From Chrysomallon squamiferum (taxonomy: Eukaryota > Animalia > Mollusca): a stretch of 64,000 bases of DNA. The stretch spans positions 9,300,001-9,364,000 of the forward strand of contig CM022665.1 in assembly GCA_012295275.1 (NCBI GenBank), given 5' to 3'. The number at the start of each line of letters is the position of its first letter. Positions within the stretch are counted from its first letter, which is position 1. Positions 39,056 to 53,100 of the stretch are shown in pieces. A program made the translations under genes and the position numbers. The notes under the pieces are model-generated. The model searched no databases. It was not told the origin of the DNA and saw only the letters and a program-made list of their open reading frames with translations.

Positions 39056-39601
39056 TGTCTTGGAATAAATTATTTGCTCTGTTGTTAATATACAGGGTAC
39101 AAATTAAAGCAGTTGAAATCCAAACATTCAGATTATCTGTTTCGCATTTGTAACTGTGGTACAATTCTTTTTCTTTGTAAATTCCTCCACATTTTCTTTT
39201 TCATTATTTTTCGCAACAGCAGTGTTCGGAGATTCTTATTTATGAATTTATTTACTTTTATTTTTTATTATTATTATTTTTCGCAACATTTAGAAATTAA
39301 ATCAACACACAAAAAAGAGAAAATCATTATTTGGCTTCAGATTATTAACATAAGCAATAATATTTCAACAGCAGTTTATAAGGATTAACAAACTTGAGCT
39401 CCCTCATCGATATGCATTTATGTTCCAACTTTTAATAATTTAGTGAACTGTTCGTGTGAAAATGCGTTGAAAAGACAGCTCTTGTGTTTGCATTGTGTTG
39501 TTTTGCATGTTTTGTTGGTTAAAAGAAAAATAATTATCTATTTAACTGGTTGTTTTTAATAAAGAAAAGAAAACAAAACATAGAGGAAAATACACAAAAG
39601 A
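39056..39601. promoter_or_regulatory. Putative bidirectional promoter AKIP1/FANCG
   Basis: Divergent predicted starts ~550 bp apart; CpG-containing. Confidence 0.55.
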
Positions 39602-42600
39602 ATGGCGGTAAGTTAGAACAAAAATTAAATTAGGAAAGAAAAAGGCAAAAATATTGTTAATTGAATTTCATATCAATAATTAAATAAAATAGAGATCAGA
39701 GGTATCATAGAACGGTCCCTGATAGGTATAGTATCACACAAATAGTTAGTAAAATATCATTAACATAATAATAATTAATATACCACAGTCTTATATAATA
39801 TATGATATACACTTTAGTCTTTACTCAGATTACTGTTTATGTGTCAACCCATTTTCAGTTTTGTTGGTAACAGTACAGAGTACTGTAGTATTGAGTTTTT
39901 TATTTTTTATTTTTTATTTTATTTTATTTTATTTTTTTAAATAAGTGTAACGTATTTATTATTACAGCATGCAATAATTAGTATTAAAATATTGCATGAT
40001 GTACTGTGGAACGAGTAAAAAGCCAAGGTAATTTGCTTCATAGAATTCCATAGTTCCTTTTCCACATCTTGTTTTTGATTTGTTATTGTTAAGAATAATA
40101 AAAAGTGAAAGTAATTAATTTTCTATACTTGCACTTTCACTGAGGAGATGTGCTTTTGTATAATGCACTAAAGTGTTGGTCTCTGGTAATAATAGTTATC
40201 TTATTAATTTATTTAAATGAATTGTATAAAACAAACATTGAAGTAAAATATCAGTCACTATTTAGGGACTACCAGATCTATCATTACAACAACTTAGAAT
40301 AATAGTATCAGTATAATATTGTTTCTGATAATCAATATACGGTCTTAAACAGATCAGTATTATTGGAAATATGAAGAAGTTCAGAGTTACATCACAGGTA
40401 AGATGACTCACCAAGTTTTTATAAAAATCCATCATTTGCTTTTACACCTTGCTGTTACATATGAAATAATATATTAATTTCAGTATAATATTTTCATTAA
40501 GTGGAGTATTAAATCACTATCAAAAATGAATTTACTATTTAGTTATTTAATCGTGTTTCTTTTGCAGAGATGGAACTGTTTTGGAAATATTTCCATTTTA
40601 GTCAGTTCCAGAAATGCATTAACCTCATTGAAAAATCAGGAAATGTGTCAGAAAATCTTTCACTGGTCGATGTTTCCAAAAATCTCAATTACAAATTATG
40701 TAAGCTTCTGTTGTTGGTGAGTTTTTTTTTTTTATTAATATTTTATTTATTATTATTATAATTTTTTTAAATTTTTCATTAATGGACTGTATACAGTAAT
40801 TACAGATAGTACAAGTTTTTCACTAAGTGTCTTTCTCTTTAACCAACTATATTAATGGAATGCTATATTGCCTAGTATTGTACAATGAACATGGCCTTAT
40901 TGGGCTGTTTACAGTCCTGTGCAATACAAAAGGTTTCGTTATCAAAGGCAGTGGTATATGCCATCCTTTCTGTTGGAATATGCAAACAGAATTGTCTTAT
41001 TCTGATAAATAATATTATGTAATTCTTTTGAAACTGCATCTAAGTATTACCACAAGTTTGACATCCAGTGGTTGATTATAGAAAATTGATTAGAGTACAT
41101 TAACTGCAGCATTAAATATACTTGTCATTATTCATATGAAGTTGAATTGTAGGCTTTTTAAAATTTATAATTATCAGACAATGTTCTGGATTTAGATATT
41201 TTGAATTATTTGAAAATGCTTTGCATTTTGTGGATTCATGGAAAATTTTCACATTAGAAAACAAAAACAAAGTGATAATTTTTAATTAGTTTATAGTTGA
41301 TTCATATATCTTTGAAAAATTAATACAGATCTGTAATTTGTTTTGAATAGGGCATAATTTTGTCTTTGTTTTATTGTTCTTATTTTTATTATAGGATTTA
41401 GTAAGGCATAAGTCAGAAGATAATCAAAAATCAAATTTGTCATTTACAATTCAGAATGGGGAAAATGCAGTTCAAGACATCTTTACTAAAGTAAAAAGTA
41501 AGTGCACTATTATTTGCTAACAGAGAATAAGAAATAACAAAATCTACAGTTATTTTATTATTAACATTAGCTAAAATATAATGTAAATTTTTTGCTGTAT
41601 TATCATTTCACTAAGTACTTGATATGTTTATTATTATTTGCTGAATGAAATAGAGAAATAAATGAGTGTGTAGGTCCATGTTTATATTATTTAATACATA
41701 CACTGGTGTGTACAGAGCAACAGTGGATTTAGTCTAAATAGCCAGTGATCCTGTCTTGTTTAGGAAATTTGGTTAACCATGAACAGTTTTAAAAGTGTGC
41801 GTACACACACACATCCACACACACATATATTTATTTCCAGGCCTTCCACCATCACCCGAATGGATGGACATGGAACTGACACTTCTCTTCAATGTCCTCA
41901 GTTTTCAGTTGTTGCAAACAAAGAAAATCAGATCTGACTGGACAGTTACACTAAAGAAAAGTATCTGTTTCCTGAGACAGACATTTAAGAGAGGTGAGAA
42001 GTGATAAAAATATTCTTTTATCTAACTAAGATCATATAAAAAAATAAGTGTGTGCGTGCATGCTTGCATACGTGTGTAAAAAATATAGGCATTTTTGAAT
42101 AATATGGATTTACGAGAACAATTTTATCTGTTATAATAGTAAAATATATAATTTACTCCGAAACCTAACTGTCCTAAGAATTATGTATCATTTAGATGTT
42201 ATCTCAACAACAAAGTCTAAACATAAATTAATATAAATATTTAGTATTATAATTTATACATTTTTATTTTACACAATATGAAGAGGCTAAAAAAATAATG
42301 GTTATCAGTTTTATCAATTTTATAGCTTTTGGTGCACTTCAATTGAAAAAGAGGAATACAAATTTAAAAATATTAATTATAACAAAGATAGTATTTGTTT
42401 GGAATGTGTTTTAAGTTTGTGTGTGCTAGTGATAATAATATGTATCTTAAAATATATTTTATTTTATGACAAAGATGTAAGTTATCTTCAAAATATATGT
42501 TTCTGTTTCAGTTAAACTAGCATTAAAGATGACAAGCAGAGTAAACTCTGATCCTGATTCTGACGATAGTGTAGTTGAATTAACAGAGAATCTGGTTAGT

Positions 42601-45600
42601 GTAAAGCATCTTTTGAAAGGTAAAAATAAATGTTTGTTTACAGTGTTCACTTTTCTATCTTTTGTTAATCAGTAGTGCTATTAAATTTTTAAATTAAATT
42701 AAAAAAACATTAGATTAATTAGTCACATTATGTGACTTGACCATAATTTTTAAGAATTTTATTTTATTTTTTTATTTTTTTACTTACTTCTTCTAATGCA
42801 AACTTTAATTTCATTAATCTTTTAGTTACTGTAGATCATTTTACTGTGATTGCTAAATGAATTTAATATTACTGTATTTCAGTATATAATTTGCTTGATT
42901 CATTCTGTTTGGTTGTATGTATCCATTCCTTGGTATTGATCTACTGTAAAAAGGTTAACCAGGCATTGTTGTGTTTAGAAGTACTTGAATCTCTGGCTGT
43001 ATACAATACAGACTTGGTAAGTTGTAATTGTTTCATAACTAAGTTTATGAAAAAAAGAAAAAAGAAAAAGAAATATCAGAGTTAATGAAATTGTAATAAA
43101 AAACTGTTAATCTCTTTAATAATATAAATAAACAAGATAAATAATCATGAGATATTTATCATGTAATATCCAATTATTAACAGTCTATTTTCATTTAGTT
43201 CTTGGTATAATGTTATTAAGTGAGCTTTCAACTTTTGTAGATCAATGAAAATAATTTTTACTTTATTTTATAATAAGTCTGTTGTTTGTGTATTACAAAA
43301 TAATTTATAGCTTTTATCTTTTTATCAAAATTATATAACTGATCCGTAACAGTTACATTATTTGGCATCCTTTATGGTCTGGAATTATATTTTTGGAATG
43401 TAATTTTTCTCTAGAAATTTGGATCAAACCATTAAATAACCACTACTCCTGTTACTTTTATTATTATTTTTAAATTAACATTTCAGACAAAACTTCATGC
43501 AAAGATGGGAATCCTAATTTATTCATCAGATTCAGTTGATGATACTGCAGATGCAGAAGTGCTAAAACTAATGGATGTTGTTAACTTTAGCTTAGGTTTG
43601 TGTTACTACAAGTTAAACCAAAGTACATTGTGCCAGTCAGTGTTGAAGAAGATTAATTACAAACCATGGAAACACCAGGCTGCTTACCTAATAGGTATTT
43701 AGTCACATTTATAATGTTTTCTGTTTTTCTCTTTTTATTATTACATTTTGAGAATTCTTTATCTTAAACGTTCAAGCCAGGAAGTGTTCAGAGTAGCCTG
43801 AGAATAGGATCAAAGTCTAAATAATAATTCCATTTGTATTTCTTATACATTTTTTGCAAATAGTCTGCAAGATTTTTTTTTATCTGTATATGTAATAATT
43901 TTGTTCATAAAATAAAGTTTGATGCAAAACAAATCAAGAACTTTAAGATTTGTTACATATTTTTGTCTAATAAAATTTACATAGTTTTTCATTCAAAAAT
44001 GATAATGATATATTGATAATAAAGATAAAATATTTAACAAGTAATACGTGTAACATAAGTCTAGAGTTCTTTTTATATTTGTGTATGTATATAATAACTA
44101 GTGTTTCCCTTATGCAAGCAGCCCACCCTACCCCTTTTGGGGTCTGTCCTAGTGCAGTCAATTCAGAAAATGCCTGCCCACATTTGCCAAAATTCTCAAA
44201 AATTACAGCAATATTGCCTCAAATCCATCTATAATTTTTGTTGTCTGAAGGCATCAATTTGTCAAGCAAACAACACTTTTTAGTGCCAATAAACAAACAC
44301 AAACAACACTTTTTAGCACTAAGAAACAAATATGAACAATGTTTTTTAGCACCATCATATATTCATGAAAGCTTAACTATGAGACCTTGTCATTTCTGGC
44401 CTTTTAATAATATGTATTATGAAAAAAATGCCCCTTTTTCAGTCAGGGAGAAACAGTAATAACTGTGTGTCTCACTGTATACTAGTGATGGTACAAAATG
44501 TAACAGGAATAACTAATGTCAGCATTATTTATATCTTATTAACTTTAAAATATTTATAGCTTGAAATATGGCTAATTGGTTAGTTTTGGTTTTTATTAAT
44601 GCTAGAATCTCTAGTATAATAAATACTGGGTTAATTTAGTTAAAAGTAAAAACTCATGTTAAAATTATGAATTTTGTTTCACTCCGTCTGTTTATTATTA
44701 TTGTTTATTTTTTATTATTAATTACTCTTTGTTTTTAGGTAGTTCATTACTTGCAGAAAATGTGTATTCTGAAGCACTAGAATCTGTTACTGCAGTTTTA
44801 CATGAGGACACAGACTGTACTATTGAATCTCAGCTTAGAGCCAGACTTTTCAATTTACAAGGCATCTGCTTCAGTAAGCAGGTAACATTTTATTTTAATT
44901 TCCTATTAAAATCAACCAAACATGTATGTTTATTTTAGTCTTTCTTTTGAAAGAGCAAAATATGTTGCATTCATAAATTCAGTGATTCAGTAATCTGGTA
45001 ATATTTTAATTTCCTACCAAACATGTTTGTGTTACAGTTTCTTTTGAATGAGAAATAAAATATGATAAATTCATAATATTATGAGATAATGTTTTCTTAA
45101 GTTCAGTTATATTGTGCCTTTTTAAGAACATTTTTAATAATTATATTGAATTTAGTTATGGCTGCTAAACCATGTATCACATTGCTGTAACTTTCTTTGT
45201 TATTTTTTTTAAATTCCAGAGTAATATACCATCACTCTAAAACTGACAATTAAAATTGTATTTCTAAATAGTTGTATTATTTTTCATAGAATTTTCATCA
45301 CAGTGCTATTGCCGCATTTAGAGAGGCTCTTCAGGCAGATTTTACAGAACTTATTGCACTGTATAATGTTGGACTACAGTATAGACATCTTGGCCTTGTA
45401 GATGAAGAATTAGAAGCATTGAATCTGTTGATCACAGTAAGCATTTGTTTTTATTATTTCCTTGGCTTGAATATATACAACAACAAAAAAACAGCATTGA
45501 TTGACCTATAATGATATAAACAAAGAGTAAAACTACACATAGTTATGTTTTAAGCAGTGTTGGAAATACACTAAAAAAAAAAAAACATCAGACACCAAGG

Positions 45601-48600
45601 CTGGCAAGAAAAAAAACATCAGACACCAAGGCTGGCAAGACTTAAAAGATTTAAGCTCTGTTGAATCATTGCCAGTCTAGATGCTGTACAACTGTTTCCA
45701 ACTGTTTACAACACTATTTTAAGATTAAATATGAACTGTAATGAAAAGCCAACAATATGTCTAGATGCTGTACAACTGTTTCCAACTGTTTACAACACTA
45801 TTTTAAGATTAAATATGAACTATAATGAAAAGCCAACAATATGTCTAGATGCTGTACAACTGTTTACAACACTATTTTAAATATTAAATATGAACTGTAA
45901 TGAAAAGCCAACAATATGTCTAGATGCTGTACAACTGTTTCCAACTGTTTACAACACTATTTTAAGATTAAATATGAACTGTAATGAGCCAACAATATGT
46001 CTCGATGCTGTACAACTGTTTCCAACACTATTTTAAGTATTAAATATGAACTGTAATGAAAAGCCAACAATATGTCTAAATGCTGTACAACTGTTTACAA
46101 TGGTTTCCAACACTATTTTAAGTATTAAATATGAACTGTAATGAAAAGCCAACAATATGTCTCAAAGGTCATATTTTTGTTTAAATGTTTCCCATTTCTC
46201 ATGACATTTCATTCATTAAATGTTTGGGATTTTTTGGTTTGTTTTTTAAATTCACTAATAGAAGGTTAGATCCTTTTTATTATTATTTAATCAGACTATC
46301 AAGTATCAAAATTTTATGATTTAATAATATAATGAAAATTGAAGAAATAAAAATAACAGACTTTCTGTATTGGTGTGTTGTTTTCTGGGTAATATTAATA
46401 GATTAAGTCACTTACATTTCTCTTTTATCTTAATTATTTTTATATTTCAGATTCTGGAAGACAGAGCTAATTCCAGCCAGACTGATTCTTCACAAATTTG
46501 CTTTAGTCTATTTTTCACTGACAATATTACCAGTGAGTCAGTATCTCTGCTTCAGGCCTTGTATGCTTTAGCCAGTCGCACCAAACAGCTAGAAAGGTCA
46601 GTTACTGAACATAAATTTCATTTCTTGTCACTATTTTTTATTGAAAAATGTGTTTAAAATCCCACCACCACAACCAAAAAAAAGAAAAGAAACAAAAACA
46701 ACAACAACCCCATAAAAAGCTAAACAAAAGCAATATATTTTTTAATATATTAATTTTACCCTGTAGCCGTGAATATATTTATAAGTGTGTTAATTTCCAA
46801 CCTTATAAGTATGTTGGCAGCATCAGTTTGCTTTTACTATTTGCAGCCTCATAGATATTTTTAAAAAAGAATAAAATAGTTGATTTTTAATTTGGAAGCA
46901 CTTTTCTTTAAAATTTTGAAATTCAGTAAATCTGCAGAGCTTCATTAAATTTCTTGTTTGTTTATAAGATTTGTAATTTTGACTGAAAATATCAGAATTA
47001 TTATGTCCCCTTGATATCTTTCTTGAGTTTTGAATTCATGTGGATTTTTGAAATTCATGAAATCTACATAGCTACTTAAATATTTTTGTTTTGAATGATT
47101 TAAATATCAACCAAAGTGTTCTATCAGTTTATAAGATTTGTAATTTTGACTGAATATAATAAAACAGCATTATTATGTCCCCTTAATAAATGTCTTCAGT
47201 TTTTAATTCATGCTGATTTTCAAAATTCAAGATATCTACATAGTTTCTTGATAGTTCTTGTTTGTTTTAAAGGATTTAAATATCAACTGAAGTGTTCCAT
47301 CAGTTTTTACAATATTTGAAAATTACGATCTGCCCTTAACTGCTTTTTTGAGTTTTGAATTCATGCTGATTTTTTGTCATCTTTGAATAATGCCTTATTC
47401 TTATTGTCATAAGTAAACAACCTTTTTTATTGAAATAGTAATGTACCATCAGCAATCTAATTTTCCTCTGGTAATCTGAGAAAAATGAATTACCTGTAAT
47501 AATTAATTAGACATAAGTAGTCATGAGTGTTCATTATTTTTATGCACTGTGACAGTTAATAATCATTTTATAAATCCAATTTCTACAAAATATTATTCCA
47601 TAAATATTGTAGATTGAAATTATTTTTATCTGATTATCTGGTAATTTTATAATAATAGGTGAGAAATATCTGTAGTCCATTAATAAACATGTCAGGAATT
47701 TAGAAAACAGTACCTTTAAAAAACCCACTAATTTCAGACAAAGCAGTTTTAAGTTCTAATCAGGAAAGAAAACCAATATATTAATACCTTTGTGCTGGGC
47801 ATTTTGGGGATTTTCAGAATTGAAACAAGTTTCTGCTCATACTCGCCATGATTTTCTGAATGCTGGAGAAGCCCATAGTAGATCAGTAATTGCCTACATC
47901 AGCACTGAAAGTCACATCACTAACGCGTGACAGAGATCATTGTCATTCAACACCCTGTCAGATATGTACTGCATTGCAGAGATCTCCGTCATTCAGCACC
48001 GAAAGTGTTAATATATAGCACGGAACATTCAACAAAATAAAATCTGTAATTTCTAACACATTCATTTTTCACACCTCACAAAGTCTTCCATAATTTTTTA
48101 TTTTTTTTTGGCTGGAAGTTCATTTTTATATGAGAATGTTTAAAAAACAAACTTCAACTAATATGTTCCCATGCAGAGATTATATTACAATTTGTATTGT
48201 GCATATATCTTATCCAGATATATTTAGATAATTAAAATCATGATCAAATTGTTCATGGGTCTAGTTTTTCAGCATTATTAAAGTGAATTTAAAACATTAA
48301 AATGAAAGTTATTACTGCCTCTAGATATTTTTTTAAAGATTTAATTATTGATGTCTGGTATGTTTCAAATAATATATGCAACACTATCATACTGTATAAA
48401 CTTTCTGCCTCCATAAATTTTAACCAAAAAAAATGAAAAAGAAAAGAAAAGAAAGAGAGAGAACAAAGTAAACTTTAATTTCAGTAAGTAGTGTAATGTT
48501 TCCCTTCTGTATTTCAATTTTATGGTACTGGATATCATTACAGTCACTTTAATAAGGCCTTTGTTGTAATAAGGTAACTAGTAATGAATGATCTAGTTTT

Positions 48601-51600
48601 GATACAAGTTGGTCTGTGTCTGTCTATGTTTTTAATTAGAGTCCAGTTTGAGATAATGTTTCTTTCTTCTTTTTTTAAAAAATTGTTAAAATACTTAATG
48701 GATTTGATAAGAAGTATTTATAGAATTTGTATTCTAAGAAACTGTAATGTGATATTTTAAAATGAAAGATTTAAAGAAAAACATCCAAAAACATTATTGA
48801 CAGTAATACTATTAATGATTAATTTTCTAATTTAAATTGTTTTGTTTTTTTGTGGGGGTGTTTTATTGGTGGTTTTTCTTTATATATTCAAGGGAGCTAA
48901 TTTCAGATAACTTGGATAAACCTGCAAATAGATTGTTGTGTTCCCTTTTAAAATACAAATATCTTTTTGAGGTGTGATACAATACAGTTTTGATGATAAT
49001 ATAAGATTTATTGTCTAAATCTGTTACACACATACATGTAGGCACACATACTTCTACTTACAGGTAAGTAAGTACACACATTCCTACAAACATCATGTGT
49101 GCATAGTCATAACTGTAAAGAAAGGCACAGAAGTCCATTTACATCGATTATCAAAATTCACAGATATCCTGAAATGTTACTCACTGAAATACATCAATTT
49201 AGAAAGAACTAAAAGTTTTCTCTAACAGTTTTCACTTTAACCTGTATTTTAATAATCCTGTTAAATTTAAAATAAACTGAATGAGAAATTTAACTGTTCT
49301 CATCATATTTAGCAAAAACAACAAACAGCTTATATTTTTCATTTGGTGGGGGGGTTGGCATTAATTCCTATACTGACAAGTTTTAAGAATGAACCTATAT
49401 AATATATTTGTTAATCAAACCCAGCACATTAAGTTTGTCACCCCATTTTAACAGTGCTGAGCAAACACTGTTATCAGTAGCCAGTTTGGTATATGTGGTC
49501 AAGACTGTAAACTTTGTTCACTAGGGTGTGTGTGTATGTTACTTGATACCTTTGTAGTTGGATACCTGTCACTGATAGTGATTTGCTGTTTTGATATTTA
49601 CACATATCTAAACTGCCCAGCCTGCATGACTCATTCTTTGTGGGAATTCCAATTACCTGTAGGGACAATCCGTACGATTTTGATGTTACTCTTTTCTCAG
49701 TGTCAGTTGAAAACAGAACTTTAAAAACTTGAAATAAAGAAACATTATTTAGTATTAAAAGGGTTGTGCTAAAATTTCCAAAAAAACAAAAACACAACAC
49801 AAAAAAACTGGTAGGGAATGAATAGATGAATCATTAAAAATATTTTACATACAAAGTGTTATAAAATATGTTTTGGTTAAAAAATAAGGGTTCATTTTAA
49901 AATGCAGCATCCAACATTTGTCACATGCTAAAAAATCACTGTAGATATAGTATTAAATATGGCAACCATTTCTGGAATAATTATGAAATAAAAGCAGAAA
50001 TTTTTGATCACTGAACTAATATTGTATACTTCCAATCAGTTTTATGTGGGTTTTTTGCAGGTGACTTTTATAAACTTTAATAAATAGTCCTTGATGCAAA
50101 TGATTTATCTGTACATTTCAGTTCAATGCTATTCAGTTTATTACATTGTGAGACCTTTATTTAATATTTATGATACTTTATGCAAGATACTTTAAAAAAG
50201 AAAAAGAAAGTTTATTGTGTCTATCTACATTTATTTACTCTATGGTTACACTGTTAAAGAATGTTGAGTCTCTGGTTGAACAAAAAAAGGTACTGCATTA
50301 ATTTAATATTTAGGATGCCTGATTTATATCTACTGTGGAAAGAACGTTCTTTTATTTCATTATGAATCTTTCATGACATGTTAATATATTTTAATATTGA
50401 TGCTTATTATATGAAAGTTTTTTTTATTTATTTATTTATTGAAGAAACTCAAGTTCCTGTTATGCATTAGTGGTAATGAATTTTTCTTTATAAATATCCA
50501 CAGTTAGAACAGCACATACCACAGTATTTAACAAACCTGTTAAATGGCATTAGCTAGAACAACCTATTCCAAAATTTGTTTTTATACTGGTAATAGCAGT
50601 AATACTGTGCTCTTTATTCACAGCATAGTTGGCAAGTTGAAATACTTGACATACCTGTTTGAAGCAATGACAGTAAAACAATGTCTGCATTGTTGTTTTT
50701 ATATGTCTGTAAAAAAAAACATTTGCAAACAGGCATCAGTGTATAAATATACTACTGTTTTTTAATCACAAAGCTGTGTCAGAATTGTTTTTTAAAATAA
50801 TGCTGAAAATAGCAATAAAAGTGGTTTTTTAGGTCATCAAGTCAGTGCTCTCAGGTAAAGACGTAGCGTACAAGACAACCATGTTTTGAGTAATTCAGTG
50901 TTTTTATTGGGGATTTTTCATTCTGTTTTTCTTGTGCTTACAGAAGGATAGATTAGACATTTTCTTTAATGGCCTGTAAAATTATTATAGTTATTATGAC
51001 TTTTATTGTTTAATTTTGTTCATTTGTTGTTTTTATTTTAATTTTTTAATGTACTGCAAATCATTTTAGAGACCTAAATTCTTTCTAGTCTTTTAAGTTA
51101 TTTTATTTTTTTCTGAAGTGTTTTTTAATTATAAATATAGATGAAGAAAATATCCACAATGAACTTTAGTTCTTATAATATATTTTATTAAATAGTTTTC
51201 TCCAAACAAAATTTATAATAAATAACAGTAATAATAACAATAATATATATATATGCATATACACACATACATCCATATATTTTTTATTTATTATTATTTT
51301 TTTTTTAAATAAGATTATCTTCTTGATGTTATAGAATTTAATTTATGATCCTGAGTATGAATACAAATTAATCTAAAGTAACTGTCATGAAGAAGTAAAA
51401 ATGATTTGTTTACCTACCAGAATACAGTTACAAGTAAAGTTTTAATTACACAAAAACATAAGATGATATTGGTGTGACAGAGACACTGTAATCAAGATGT
51501 ACAACTGACCTCTGAGTATATGATGTACCTTGAAGGTCAGGCATAAGGGTGGTAGTGACTGAGTTTACGTAAATTTGATATAAATTCCAGCCGGGAATTA

Positions 51601-53051
51601 AACAGGGAGATGTAATGCACACAGAGACAGCCAGTCCATAACATAAACCGAGCAACCAAAGATCCTGGTTTGCCTTGTTATATCAACATGCTCGAACTTT
51701 GTGTTGAAAATGTTTCTCATTTATGCAAACATTTGATATTTTAAAGCTCAGTTTGTTTAGTTTTAATTAAAAATGAAAAGATGGAGTGAGAATTAAAGAT
51801 GTGAACATAGGACTAACGCTGCTTAGAAATAACACAAGACTTTGGAATATTCAGAATTCATAAGCTGCAGTCATGGAGTAGATTGGATTAATGTGAATTG
51901 AATTGTAGGAAATGGGGGGGTGAATGTTGATTTAAAATACTGGTGCACTCACATTAATTGTTTGTTACAGTTTTTGAATGATTTCTTTTGCTGTAATTAA
52001 ACAATATTTATATAAATTAATGCCACAGGTGTTTTATGGGATGTCTCAGAATTTTAAAAAACTTTATTACTACAATATACTGTTTATGCAGAAATAATTC
52101 TAGTGTCATTGAGGAATACAAAGGAAATTTTAAAGCTTTTATAAACATAATTTTGAGATGACACTTTTGATCATCTTTATTACTTGTGATATATTCAGTG
52201 TTAAAAAAAGAAGAAGGAAAAATGCATTAATATTACTGAAAAAAAAAATGTTAGAACATCATGTATTTTAATGGTTTAAGGAAGTGACACAATAGTAGAT
52301 TTTAATATGATTTTATTGTCATTAAAAATCAAAAATGTGTACACCTGTTTCTGATGATGTGTATACAACATTCAGTTTTCTGTAGCAATACAATTTATAA
52401 AAATGATATTTAACCCAGAAAATAAACATCAATTAATATTTACTAGATTAATGAATGAATGATTCAGGTTAAAAAAATAAAGTAAAATAACAAAAGACAG
52501 GTAGAAAAAAAAATTGCCCTGAATTAATCCATTAAATTTAGATAAATGTAAGGTGGGTCTGCCAAAGTATCAATTATCTGTTATGTATTGCTTACATTGC
52601 AATATCCTGATTCAGCTTAGCAGGAGTGTCACCTCACCCTTTTTGTTGTTCACTTAGAATTGCTTAAACAGATCTTGTTCGTATGGTGAACAAATTACCT
52701 TTCTTAGACTGACATATGACTCAAGACTTGCGATATCTGCATTTTATGCATAGTTTGCTGACAATTTAGCACTGCACAGTGATATAAAGGAAAAACCAAA
52801 GGAAATAAAATAGAGGTCACTGAAACTTGTGCCAGAATCCAGACAGTGATGAAAATGATTATATACGCAATTTTACCAACAGGTACTTATCACTAAGAAT
52901 CACACAGCCTTTTATCAGTTTTATGCAACAGTTGATCTTAACATTTGTGTCGACCCAATTCAGTATACATATTGTGACCTATAAAGTCTTATCTAACAAC
53001 CCAACTCTGACTAAGCATTTAGTAGTAGATAAAATAATTTTACATAGAGAG

Positions 53052-53100
<49 letters not shown>

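Noticed and set aside
45676-46162. CRISPR-like array
   Set aside because: Whole units repeat with no unique spacers, there are no cas genes, and the context is a eukaryotic intron
51470-51562. C/D box snoRNA (ATGATG...CTGA)
   Set aside because: The boxes are imperfect or too close, with no terminal stem and no recognisable guide
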